Shown here: positions 45,262 to 57,816 of the stretch, piece by piece
Layout of the letters: each line of letters opens with the position of its first letter
How positions within the stretch are numbered: the stretch's first letter is position 1
Source of the DNA: Flaccisagitta enflata
Taxonomy: Eukaryota
Length of the DNA stretch: 64,000 nucleotides
Assembly (NCBI GenBank): GCA_965153355.1
Contig: OZ231126.1
Span: forward strand, 19,344,001-19,408,000
Direction of reading: 5' to 3'
The notes under the pieces: model-generated
What the model was told of the DNA's origin: nothing
What the model saw: only the letters and a program-made list of their open reading frames with translations
Databases searched by the model: none
Program-made: the position numbers and the translations under genes

Positions 45262-46451
45262 TTCTGCCCCATTTTGGAATTTCCAACCCCAAAATCCGAC
45301 ATCTAGTTTCCAGTCGGGGAAACCCTACTAAAAACCGATACTACCTTCCTTAAAAAAAATTTACATAGACACAGCCTCGCCCCCCCCCCGTCCACCGCCT
45401 CTACATCCCCACCCTAACTATCAACAGATCGACGTCTGCACGAGATGATTCCCGTCCGGAAAGGATCCACCACCAGCAAATTTTCAACGATCAACGATGA
45501 CGCGGGTGGAGACGAGGCGGCACGAGGAGGTTGAGGCACCTGCTCTGGGAAAGCTAAGGGGAAGATAGAAGGGGAACGGGCCTTGGAGCACCCCAAGCCT
45601 GGGATTTTACTTAAGAGTGGAAAATAATGAGGAGGGGCATACTACTAAACATGTCATACGAAAGTATTCGTAATAATGACTAAAAAGACCATGTCTAAAA
45701 CAAACACAACAAAATTTACATGTTCCAAGGAACCAAACAAAACAAGATAAAATTAAATAAATTACTAACTATATATAAAAACGAATCAGTAAAAGCAAAA
45801 AAATTAGTAAGCATCATGGAACGACCACATCACCTGCGCCTTCTCCATTACAGAGACGAGCGGTCATTCCTGAAGCTCCAACACCCGTCAATCCGTGGGC
45901 TAAAGGCGATAAATGATGTCGCCACCGGCGACCGCATCGAAAGGCGCAGGAGGAGCCGGATGCTGACGCGACATCTTGACTCCGACGAGCGACTTCAAGA
46001 TGTAGACTGACTTCGTAGATGGAATAACGTCGTCAGCGGAAGCTTTGAAATGTTCGTTTCGCGAACTGATAATGGTAAGAACGGATTTTGGCACAATAAT
46101 ATGTACATATAGACAGAGCGAATGAATCAGTGTTTTGATGTGTGAGGAAATGGATAACATAATTGACAAGGAAAGATGAAAGCATGGATAATCAGAACCA
46201 AATATGAATAATAACAACTCTTTGTAAATATAACAAGTCAGAGTTTCAATCACTCATATCTATAGTTACTAATGGATAGCAGGCCCATGCGCCTTTTCTT
46301 CTTCTCAAACTTAGCGTTTTTATGAATCCACTCAGCCGAAGAGACGCTGAATGTGTCTTTCGGTCATTTCATCTTTCATCTTGGCTGAGATAAGCTTCCT
46401 GACATGAGCTGGATGAACTTCACACCTATGACGTGCTGCCCTAAACTCCAC

Positions 46452-48097
46452 TCAGACAGTGAAGCCATTCATGACGACACTATGTTGGTCGTGATCGCAA
46501 AGTCTCTCTGATCTCGACCATTTGCTTTGCGCGTGAAGAAGCGCCAAATATTCGACCCTCCACGATTTCCAAAACACATCCACTAGCGATTGCGCACGCC
46601 TCCATTGAATCTTCGCTGAGTCGGCGCCAGAGTTGACGCCTTGTTGCGCCAGATCCAGAGGGGCGTGACCGGATGTTGATGGATTGAGGATATGATTCGG
46701 TGTGAGGGCCTCAGAATCATTTGGATCACCGCTGAGCGTTGTTAGAGGACGGCGATTGAGAATTCCTTCACCTTCGACGACAGCAGTGTTGAAGGCATCG
46801 ACGTGGAGGATGGCGCCAATAGAGATGGAAGCAAGATGACGCTTTGACGGAAGCTTGGCCATTCGCTGATTCGCGTTCTTTTTCAAGTTCTTCTGGCATC
46901 TGAAGCACGTGTTGACGACGCTCTTGACAGCCTGAAGACCTTTGTAATCCACACAAATTGGCGTAATTGGCACAATGTATGCTCTGCACCCACGTGAAAA
47001 TCATTATGATGATAATGGCGAATTAATGATTTCACATTCTCGTCTTTTGGCGGAAGGATGAAGGGAAATTTAGCGTCGCGTGTGATGTCGGCATTCTCCA
47101 ATCGGCTGCCAACGCGAAGGACGCCGTCGTCATCGACGAAAGGGTTCAACTTTAGCACATCCTCACCCTTGATGACGAAGTCACGACGGCCTTTTGGTTT
47201 AAAGGCTTTTCCCAACTCCAATTGTTCGAAAACGTCGGAACAATGTTGCCGCTGCATTGACTTGACGAGCTGTTTGCGCGCCTCCTCCAAGACGTCTTGC
47301 GCCACTTCCGGTTTAGGAAGAAGATCCTTTGCTGCAATTGGGCAAAAATATGTCTTTTCCTCTAACATTTTGCACGCTCTGACATTTTCAAGGGAATCAC
47401 CCATCTCCTCTTGCGAGACGATTGATGATGCAAGGTCATGGTAGAAGATGCGGTCAATGTTGCTGTTGAGGACGCGATTGTCGAGGATGCGATCGATGTT
47501 GTCGTTGAGGACACGGTCATCCGTCGCGATAGCGTTGATCGATGCAATATCTCGTCCTCTCTTGCCCGTTTTTCCGCATACAGTCCAACCGAATAGACAT
47601 CTGAAGCAAGTCAAAGATCCTGAAGGCCCTCGGCGGATTTCTTGAGCGACGGCGGCATCCGCATGCGCCGCTCCGATGATCATCATCACACCGCCTTCAG
47701 CTTCTGGAAATTTTATGCTTTCGACGTGAGGTTGGTCAGATAGGTCGCGGAGAAAAGGAGGAATGTCGCGTTCACTCGTTAACAAATCACCCACCAATGC
47801 GTCGTTGACGTCGACGACATATTCCTCGTCGACCGATTGCATAGTGAATGATGCGATGAAACGATCCTCAACAACATGACTTCCCACAGTAATCACCGTC
47901 ATTTGCACTGTTTTTGTTGGAATCAGAAGACTGCGAATGACATTGGTACTGATCACGTCGCGATCAGCGCCTGAGTCGATCATAGCGTAAATCGTCCTCT
48001 GCACACCCGAAGAATTGTTTATAATAGTCACTGGAACGATCGGACGGACAACGTCGTCGAATGAAGAGACGGACCGCGACGTTGCCGTCGCCGCCAG
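46452..48097 (-). pseudogene. pol: BEL pol remnant: aspartic protease, then integrase Zn finger and C-terminal part; RT/RNase H and DDE core missing
   Basis: YAMIDSGAD, LFGWTVCG, LNPFVDDDGVLRVGSRL, HH...H...W...CFRC, ILNRRPLT, LTPNHIL, FWKSWRVEYL; no YVDD/DASxxAY motifs; junctions near 47338 and 46840; frameshift near 46942. Confidence 0.9.
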
Positions 48098-51000
48098 TCA
48101 TGCCGTGACGTTAGAAGAGATCACTTCCGTAGGATTGGCTGTCTCCGCCGTCGACGGAGCTGTTGGTGCTGCTGCAGCCGCATCCTCTGACTTGTTGAAG
48201 GGAGCCAGCGGTACTTTATTTCCCTGCTTATTCTCTCCTTTCTTCTCTTCCTTTTCTTCTTTCTTGTAGGTGCGCCCGTGGAGAATCGTGGCATGCCGCT
48301 TCTTGCAGATCTGGCAAGTTGGTCTGTTCGCACATCCTTTGGCGTTGTGTCCTGGCGCGAGGCAGTGGAAGCACAGACGACGAGACATGATCTTCTGAAC
48401 TCTCGCGTCCACTTCCAACTCTAACAGCTGATGACACTCTTCTGTTTGATGCATTCCACTGCAGACGTTGCAGCGGTCCGTCGACTGCATCTTTTGCTTG
48501 CCATTGGTCAAAGCATCCCCATATGATGATGGCGCTTCTTTTTCTGTAGTTGCGACTGCTGCCACTGATGCTGTTTTGCAGCTTGCGCCTTTGTTGCGCT
48601 GAATCACCGCCCATGTCTCGATCATGTTGACCAAGTTGTCGAATGAAAATAATTGTCCATTTTGGGCTGCTTCATGTTGCCTTTCCCAGAATTTATCTGC
48701 AAGATGAGGGACCCTCTTATTGAGGATTTCCTGCAGCAGCTCGTCACGATAGCAGTGTTGCACCTCTCCACAGGTCCTCGCAATCTTCTTTGCCTTTTGC
48801 AACCTTGCAGACAAATTGAAATGCCTTGCATGGTCGGCCGACTGGATCTTCGCCTCCGCGACGATTTCGTGGAACAGCGCCGCAATGTTGCAGCGCCTTG
48901 CCATAAAGACGACGTCCATTTTTGCGAAGGCGTCGTCAATCTCTCCTCTTGCTGTCGCTTCAGTTGCATCAATCGTCGCAGTTTCAATGATCTCCTTTGC
49001 CGGACCAGCAAACCACTTAGGCAATTCCAATAAAATGTCCATTTGCGTCAAGCCTTCATACTTTTCAGCATCTTTGAACTTCCTCTTCCACATCATGAAA
49101 TCGGTGGATGAAAGCTCCTGCAGAGGCTTCTCAGGTCTTGCTCTCTCCAATGCTTTGAGGCCGACCTCCCTTGCTCGCATATAATCGTTGTACGCCGCCC
49201 TCTCCAAGAACATATCCAGAGCCGGATTATTGGGCATCTGAACGTGGACTTCCGGTTGACGAGCTACTTGATGAAGCTCCACCTGATGATACGCTGGGGG
49301 TTGTTGGGCAAAGGCGTATTGACCCCCGACTTTTACCGGAGATCTCTTTTTGGTGGTTTTTATACTCCACCCAACTTCTTCTTGCTGATTCATTTGTTGT
49401 TGACGATCATCTTGATGGAATCGGGGAGCATCAAAATCTTGGCGGACGTACTGTCGCTGTTGTTGTTCTTCTTTACGTTGTTTTTCCTCTGCTCTCGCTG
49501 CGGCAAGGTCAAAGTCTCTCTGCTGAATCTGCATCTTCAAACTATCCACTTCTTGCTGCAAACGTTGATTCTGCTGGATGACTTCCGCTTGAGGCGTTGC
49601 TAGAGGCGCTTGCGCTACTTTTGGCGCCTTCGGCTGCAATCCACTCGTTGTCTTCTTGGGAGCGACTTTTCTTCTCTCCTTATCTTGCAGCTGCTGTGCC
49701 AACTTCGCGTCAGCGGCCTCCTGCCTCTGCCTCCTGCGCATCGCCTCCGTTGCATCACCTCCGCTTCCGGCTGTGTTGAAGACCTTTTCCTCTTGATGGG
49801 GAAGACCAGTCTCCCTTCTAGCAGAACCAATCTGCTTCTCGAAGATCACTTCCGGTGCGGTAGGGAGAATCGTTGCTGCTGGAGTTTGATGATGCTGATA
49901 CTGATGCTGTTGCTGTTGTTGAAACCGTTGCTGCTGCCACTGTTGATGTTGAAGCTGCTGCTGCTGGTCAGGATGCTGTTGCTGCTCATTCTGCTGCTGC
50001 AGTTGATGCTGTCGCTGTCCTTGCTGCTGCTGCTGCTCCACATGTTGCTGCTGCTGCATCGGCTGCTTGACGGATGTTTCCACTGGCTGCACATGACGTT
50101 GCTGCAAGTTCAAATTAAAAATAGATCGACGGTCCTTTGACGGATGCTGCGGCTGCTGCTTGTCCAGCTCAGACAGTTGTCTAAGCTTCACATCTCGCTG
50201 CTCTAAAGCTCCACCAATGCCGCCGTCGTTCAGGCTATTCCAATGTCTTCGTTGCATCTCTGCCGCATTGTTGAACACTCCTGCCCTTCTATCTTCATCT
50301 CGCTGCTGCTGCTGGCGAAAGTTACACATTCTGTCGTATAACTCTTTGTCTTCTTGTGATGAGCTCCGCTGTTGGAACCCCAATGGCACCGCGATCGGCA
50401 CCTTTGGGGCTGTTGCTGCACCACCACCTTCACCTTCAGCCATCATGCGCAGTCGTTGTTCTGCAAGGCGTTGCTGTCTCGCTTCTTCTGTCTCCTCACT
50501 AACATTCATGCTTTCGACAGGATGATCATTTGACGCTGGAGGATCCACTACCACCGCTGGGATCGCGGCGGAAGGTTGCTGTTGTTGCTGCAGTTGCTGT
50601 TGCATACGTTCTCCTGCATCATTTTTCCGCTGTTGTTGTTGTTCTCTGCGCCGCGTTGCCGCCGACGCTGCTGCGTGTTCTGCTGTTGCTGTTGTTGCTG
50701 AAGCAGCAAATCTTGTTGATGCTGCTGTTGCCGCTGCTGCTGTTGCTGCTGTTGATCGCCTTGTTGCTGCTGCTGAGCCACACGTTGTGGCGCCGGCTGC
50801 AGGATTCGATGTTGATCTTGTTGACGAAATTGTTGGAGTTGCTGCAACTGCTGCCGCTGCAACAGCTCTTGCTGCCGCCGCTGAGCCATCGTTTGCTGCT
50901 CCTGTGGTCGGTGGATTTGACGCTGCTGTTGGAGTTGTTGCTGCCGCATCTGCAATTGATGCTGCTGCTGTTGCTCCTGCTGCTGTCGCTGCTCCTCCTC

Positions 51001-51914
51001 CCGTTGTTGCTGCTGCATATCGCTATTAGCCGACGGCCTTGTCGCATTTCCTCCTCCAGCTGTCTACCCCATCTGTCTCTCTCCGCACTCCTGCCGATAA
51101 AGCGCCGCCTCGCCCTCTCCTGCGGCGTCAATCCGCTGATGACCCCACGACCTCTTGCGAGAGCATCGGCGTTGCCGAGATCCGCAAGCATGTCGTCAGC
51201 TTGCTCCGTCGGAGACGCACGCGCAGGTTCGATTTCCGAGACCAAATCTGAGACCCACTGATTGACGGCATCTCCTCTTTGGATCGGCGGCAGATTTAAG
51301 AATTGACCCTGTTGGAGATTGCGCACCATGTCGAGGGGCCGGAAGTGGCAAGTACTCGGATCCGTCGGGGTTTGGCGACGACGTTCGCATCCTTGGAGTT
51401 GGAGCGCCATTAACATTGTCACGGGCGGCGTGAGTGTCAGTTGGGAGACTGTTCCATGAGAATTCATTGACGGGTCTTTTACGATTCCCGATGTCGTTAT
51501 TCACTGCGTTGACGATGTCGGCGTTGGAAGGAAAACCCTCTGGATAGTTTTCACGATCGAAGAAACGCATGGAATCCCATTCGCGCCGAATTCGACGCAG
51601 AGTGGACGCCGCGAATCGAAGAGGGTCGCCGGGCACGAGTCGAGCGCCATCTGCCTTGCGTATGATATAAAGTCGCACACCATATCCCGAAGGCCGTGCG
51701 CCATCTGATTCACAGGCGCTGCCGAAGTCGCTCGTCCTTCGGTGCAAGTGGCGACGGCGTCGAAAAGGCGCCGGCATCCTTCCATTTCCGCAGTGATGTC
51801 GTTCCTCATTGCGCGCAAACGATCCGACCTCGGACACTGATTCAAACCGAAGTGGGATACACGAGATGACGTTGAAGCAGTCGAGACGGTGTCGTCGTTA
51901 CGCGCGGCCGCCAT
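48098..51914 (-). CDS. gag: BEL Gag-like protein with very long Gln-rich N-terminal region (~1270 codons, several frameshifts in the 5' third)
   Basis: three BEL-type knuckles CNVCSGMHQTEEC, CFHCLAPGHNAKGC, CQICKKRHATILH; ATG at 51914 just after the 5' LTR; overlapping ORFs 51501-51914, 51196-51837, 50619-51467, 50548-51018, 48098-50605. Confidence 0.82.
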
Positions 51915-51942
51915 TGTCCAATTTCGTTTTCGGAGGTCAAGA

Positions 51943-52891
51943 TGTAAAGAGTTGAGTCATTTTTGTATTCACTGAAATATAAGTTACGCCCACGAGTTTC
52001 AACTGGCACTGTCTATGAGCGTCTATCTGACTGACGACTTGTGGTGAAAGAAAGCTGGCCGATTGGAAAATAGGAAGGCGATCGTCTCGTTTATTCCATA
52101 AAAATTTCAACAACTGAAGAGAGGGGGAAAAATGAAAGGGAAAGGGGCGTTAATTTCGTGATCAGCAAACGCTAAAGATAACATGAAATCGAGACAGGAC
52201 ACAATAAAGGACAGAAACAGCACATGACAACATGTTCATCTTCTTCAGAGCCCATGCCACCTGATAATACCTGCCCCTGCCCGGCCTATCCCATTAGATT
52301 CATCCATATCATCCCCATAGTAAGCTGATCGGGCAAGCGATAAAAACCATACTAAAATCCGGCGATAAAAATGCAAAAGGGCAAAAGACAAAAATAACAG
52401 ACCGGAAGACAAGATAAAACAACGTTAATAAAAGCAAAGACGCGTCTATAAAACTTACTTTTAGGCCCACTTTCGTTGGTTTCAACCCACAGTCTGTCGA
52501 AGTCAAATTAACGTTAATTGTCCGTTCATAAGTTTATCTGCAATAAAAAGATGAGAGATTATAGAAATTAGTAAATTCCAAGGGCACATTCAATCAATCA
52601 CGAAAAATCAATCAATCACTTTAGGAAGCAATGCCGCAAATAAATAAAATCAATCAATCCAAAAATTGGATGATACGAAAGACGAGTTACGTATGTATGC
52701 CTACGTAATAAAAACAAATGGCACAAAATACAAGGCGCAACCATATGGTTACCCATCTAGCGTTCAATATAAAAAATGGCGAGAAACAAAAGACGCTGGC
52801 ATTGAATAATAGAGAAAGAAAAAAAGCCAAAGCACGCAAAAGAAACAAAAGCACACATACTTAAGAAACGGACGGACATACATTTCTAACA
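51943..52891 (-). repeat. 5' LTR
   Basis: TGTT...TTTACA on the minus strand, followed by a PBS-like TCTTGACCTCCGAA; the inner boundary is inferred. Confidence 0.88.
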
Positions 52892-53138
52892 GACATCTTT
52901 TCCTTGTTTACAAAAAGAAACAATAATAACTTTTGAAGCATCAAACAAAGGGGCGAGATAATTTACTTCTTGTAAAATTGTTTAAATCATAACCACAACA
53001 AAGTAAGAGAGAGTATTATTTATCATCAAATCCTGAAAACCATTTTTTTTTTGCATCTGGCGTAGTACTGCCATCCCTTTTCCACGCTACTTATTTTATG
53101 CGTCTTAGTCATCAAACTTTTTTTTTTGTCCAATTGAT

Positions 53139-53171
<33 letters not shown>

Positions 53172-53455
53172 TTAACATGTTGATTTTTTTTTCATGTCCA
53201 ATTATGGCGCCAATCAGGCTATTAATTATCAATTAATAACCAGTTGACGATCTGTTGACTTTCAAAGTTGAAAACGATAAAGATAATGATTCCTTTCACA
53301 AATCTAAGGCTGCGCTTAAGAGGGGAGCAGAAAGCCTGTAACTGTGAAAATCAAATTGGATATTTCCATAGATTGAAGGCCCAAATCATCGGACCAAAAA
53401 CGGTGGGTGTCTGTTACTGCGCAGCCTGTTATCTAGGGTAACTACTCGACTAAAA

Positions 53456-53662
53456 AAACAAGGCCGGATACACGGCTACCCCAGTCGCGTGCGGGTGGGC
53501 AGGGGCCATAGTTGAGGTCAGTGGAACATTTGGGCAGGAGCAATAAGGCCAAAACCCCTATTAACGCCAAAAAGTGTGACGGACGGACGGACCGACCGAC
53601 GGACGGACCGATGGACGGACCGACAAAGCGGGGTGTAGAGTCGCGTAGCACGCGACTAAAAA
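53456..53662 (-). mobile_element. HINE type A (AGTCGCG), well preserved
   Basis: AGTCGCGT-AGC-ACGCGACTAAAAA, (GACG/GACC)n, AGTCGCGTG subterminal repeat, hairpin end. Confidence 0.85.
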
Positions 53663-54103
53663 GCCGCACCCTTTTGTTGAGTTGATGAATAACAAAAAGA
53701 AATCACTTGAACATTTTTTTGTTGCAGTGATTTGAAAGATTTTCAAATTTTCTCTCCTTCTAGACCGATCCCAGATCTGTATCTCAAACCATTTAGGAGC
53801 TAGAGCTTGACAAAGTTATCTTCTAATTTGTAAAAATGGTCATTTTTCAATGGGATTGCAGACTGATAATAGCAATTTTATACTCATTCTTATGCCATTT
53901 GTGAACGAATAAAGCTAGAATTGCCAGATTGGAGCCAAATGAAAGATCTTTTCAAGAGCCTTTTAACCGTCAAAGATTTTAATTATCATTTTTTTTTTAA
54001 ATTCAGTATGACAATTTGTCATTTAAAAGTGCTGCTTTTTTATTGAGTCAAGTAGTATTTCAACGTTACAAAAACCTAGGAAGACGGTGTCATGAGTCTT
54101 TTA

Positions 54104-57061
54104 CAGTCTATGGACAAAACGACAATCGCAACTTTTGCTAATCACTGATAGGATGCTAAGGTGTGATATTTTTCAAAATGCAGGCTTACAACTGCTATAT
54201 AGAAAATTACTAAGGACTGAAGCAAATTAATGGAAGTACAATTACTACAGGGAGGCTATGTAAATTGCTGAAATGAACTTTTTATAAATTGAAAGTATAT
54301 GTTGGCATTGAGTCTTGCTCGCAAGTGTCAACTACCCCCCGCAAGTGTTGATTACCACCCCCCAAGTGTCCACTACCCCCCCAAATGTTCACTACCCCCC
54401 ACAAGTGTTGACTACCCCCTGCAAGAGTCAACTACCCCCCGCAAGTGTCAACTACCCCCGGCAAGTGTCGACTCCCCTCCGCGAGAATCAACTACCTTCT
54501 GCAAGTGTTGAATACCCCACTCAAATGTTGACTACCCCCTACAAGTGTTGACTACCCCCGTAAATATCAACTACCCCCCGAAAGTGCCGAATACCCCCAC
54601 AAGTGTCAACTACCCCTTGCAAGTGTTGTCTACCCCCCAAAAGTGTCGACTACCCCCCGCAAGTGTCAACTACCCCCCAATTGTCAACTACCCCCTGCAA
54701 GTGTTGACTACCCCCCGCAAGTATTGACTACCCCCCGCAAGTGTCCACTACCCCGCAAGTGTTGACTACTCCCAAAGTGTCAACTACTCCCAAAAGTGTG
54801 AAAAACCACCCCCACTACTCCTTGAGTCAATTACCCCCACAAGTGTCCATACCCCCTCAAGTGTTGACTACCTCCAAAAATGTCAACTGCCCCCAAAAGT
54901 GTTAACTTTCACCCCCATTACCCCTTGAGTTAACTACCCCTGGCAAGTGTCAACTACCCCCCGCAAGTATTGACTACCCCCTGAGTTGACTACCCCGGCA
55001 AGTGTCAACTACCCCCACAAGTGTTGACTACCCCCTGCAAGTGACAACTACCCCCTATATGTGTTGACCAGCCCCAAAAAGTGTAGCCTACCCCCGGCAA
55101 ATGTCAACTTCCCCTCAAAGTGTCAACTTCCCCCACAAGTGTTGACTATCCCTTGCTGGTGTCAACTATCCCTTACAAGTGTCAACAACCCCCAGCAAGT
55201 GACAACTACCCCCCCCACAAATGCCAACTGGGTAGTTAACACTTGCTGGGGGTCGGGGCCGTGGAGAGAAATGGCAGGCCCCCCCTCTGGCCCAAATGGC
55301 CAGGCCCCTCTTCCTCCCTCTGTGCTCCCTCCCCCGCTATCCTCCCTCTGTGCTCCCCATCCCCTATCCTATCCTTGTGCCCCTCCCCCCAGTCACTTTA
55401 TAAACAGTCAATTTTTTGTGATCAATACATTGCTTTGAAAAATGCTAAATTTTTTTTTCTTTTTTTTTTTAATTAAAAAAATCAAAGCACAGAAAGGCAA
55501 AAACTTAAAAACATTTCAAAATATTGTCAATTTAAAAAAATAACATTAAAAATTATTTGTCAACTTTACAAGAGCTCAAATTTGATTGGATAGCAAGCCC
55601 TTAAAAAGTAAATTGAAAAAAGTTAGTAATTGAGATTATAGCAGTAAGCATGCCTGAACTGTCAACTTTAACAAGGCCCATGCTTAATTTAATCTAAATT
55701 GGTTCAAAATCATTCAACTCTTTATATCTTTCCCCTCTTTCTTCCCCTTTTTTTTCTTTTTTTTTTCTCTTTTTTTTCCCTTTTTCTTTTTTTTTTCTCT
55801 TTTTTTTTCTCTTTTTCATTTTCTTTTTCATCTTTTTCATTTTCTTATTTAATTCAGGAGCCCCCCGGAACCCCCTTCTCAGAGGGGGGTGGACCCCCCT
55901 CTCCACGGTCCTGCTGGGGGTAGTTGACACTTGCGAGGGATAGTCCCCAATGGGGGGGTAGTTGACACTTGCCGGGGGTAGTAGACACTTGCAAGGGGAA
56001 GTTAATTTTTGTAGAGGGTATTTAACACTTTCAGGGGGTAGTTGACACTTGTGGGGGGTAGTCAACACTTGCAGGGGTAGTTGACACTTGCGGAGACTAT
56101 TTGACACTCGCTGGGGTAGTGGACACTTGCAGGGGGTAGTTGACACTTGCAGGGGGTAGTCAACACTTGTGAGGGGTAGTTGAGAATTGCCGGGGGTAGT
56201 CGACTCAGGGGGTAGTCAATAGTTGCGGGGGGTAGTTGATACTTGCCAGAGGTAGTTGATATACTTGCCGGGAGTAGTTGACTCAGGGGGTAGTGGGGGA
56301 GGTAGTCAACACTTTTAGGGGTAGTTTACACTTTTGGGGGTAGTCAAAACTTGGGGGGTAGTGGACACTTGCGGGGGGTAGTCAACACTTGTGGGGGGTA
56401 GTCGACACTTGCAGGGGGTAGTGGACACTTGTGGGGGGTATCAGGCACTTTTGGAGTGGTTGATATCTGCGGGGGTAGTAAACACTTGTAGGGGGTAGTC
56501 AACATATGAGGGGGGTAGTCAACTTTTGGGGAGATACTTGACAATTGGGGGGGTTTTTAACACTTGCGGGGGGACGTCGACACTTTTGGGGGGTAGAAAA
56601 CACTTGCAGGGGGTAGTGGACACTCGTGGGGGGTATTAGGCACTTTTGGAGTGGTTGATATCTGCGGGGGTAGTAAACACTTGTAGGGGGTAGTCAACAT
56701 ATGAGGGGGGTAGTCAACACTTGCCGGGGATAGTTGGCACTTGCAGGGGGTAGTTAACACTTGTGCGGGGTAGTCAACGTTTGCGGGGGTAGTGGAAACA
56801 GGGGGGGTGGTAATCAACACTTGCAGGGGCTAGTTGACACTTGCGAGCGAGATTCAATGCCAACATATACTTTCAATTTATAAAAAGTTCATTTCGGCAA
56901 TTTACATGGCCTCCCTGTAGTAATTGTACTTCTATTAGTTTGCTTCAGTCCTTAGTAATTTTCTATATAGCAGTTGTAAGCCTGCATTTTGAAAAAAATC
57001 ACACCTTAGCATCTTATCAGTGATTAGCAAAAGTTGCGATTGTCGTTTTGTCCATAGACTG
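54104..57061. mobile_element. foldback-type element: ~220-bp unique TIR plus inverted arrays of a 20-21-bp unit (CAAGTGTCAACTACCCCCCG)
   Basis: CAGTCTATGGACAAAACGACAATCGC... at 54104 and its reverse complement ending at 57061; array flips strand at ~55230; TTTA on both flanks. Confidence 0.92.
55254..55913. mobile_element. hAT-type MITE inserted in the foldback
   Basis: CGGGGCCGTGGAGAG / CTCTCCACGGTCCTG TIR, perfect TSD CTGGGGGT (55246-53, 55914-21). Confidence 0.88.
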
Positions 57062-57289
57062 TTTAAGGGCGGAATACTGATAAAAACGCTGCATTGGAGA
57101 TGGGCCCCGATGTTTATAGGGAGGTTTGACGGTATGATGCCTGAGCACAACTATTCATGAAAACGTTGCGTTATTTGGTGCGTGAGACTTTGAACAGATA
57201 TACTAATAGACCAAATGACCTACCATCAAAGCGAAATAAACCTGGCAATATATATCAATAGAGAACATAGGATCCATGGACTGAATGAA

Positions 57290-57452
57290 CGGTTACCTAA
57301 TTCGCAAGCGAGTGGGCAGGGCCGAGGCAGTGACATAAAAACCGTGCGTAAACGTCAAAATAAAATGTGGTACCGACCAATAGGACCGACGGACTAAAGG
57401 ACGGACCAACTTACACAGCGGGTATTTGAGTCGCGTAGCACGCGACTAAAAA
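57290..57452 (-). mobile_element. degraded HINE type A
   Basis: AGTCGCGTAGCACGCGACTAAAAA terminus, GTGGGCAGGG block. Confidence 0.6.
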
Positions 57453-57675
57453 CCTTTTACAGCTTCCCTTCTCCTTGTGTTTATGGTGAAGGTTTTAAAT
57501 CCCACTCGCTGCTCAAATGTCGTTTCATGTTTATGAGTCATTAATGTGTGAGTTTAAAACGCGGTGCTAAAATGAAAAACTGGCGGGGGGGGGGAGGGGG
57601 CAGGAGGAAAGGGGAGAACGGGGTGAGAAAGGCAAAGGCAGCAAAAATGGAATATATGAGGAGACCTTTAATACT

Positions 57676-57816
57676 AAAACAAGATCAAATAGGCCAATAA
57701 GGTGCGTCGTGTGGATCGTCGAACGAATGCGTTACCGAGCGACAGACCTGCAGACCAACAGACCTAGAGACCGAAGGACACTACCAATTATAAAGGTGCT
57801 TTGGCGCACCTAAAAA
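57676..57816 (-). mobile_element. HINE type A, AGGTGC variant
   Basis: matches 11029-11161. Confidence 0.72.

Larger units (their letters stand above)
44351..52891 (-). mobile_element. BEL/Pao LTR retrotransposon, internally deleted (non-autonomous)
   Basis: two ~0.9-kb highly similar LTRs, 5-bp TSD GACAT (44346-50, 52892-96), PPT GGGGCAGAA before the 3' LTR, BEL-type Gag/protease/integrase motifs. Confidence 0.95.

Noticed and set aside
45262-46450. env gene in the BEL element
   Set aside because: No long ORF, signal peptide or transmembrane/fusion motif visible.
50530-51261. Leu-rich plus-strand ORFs that look like membrane proteins (also 49610-50140)
   Set aside because: Antisense shadows of the poly-Gln gag region.
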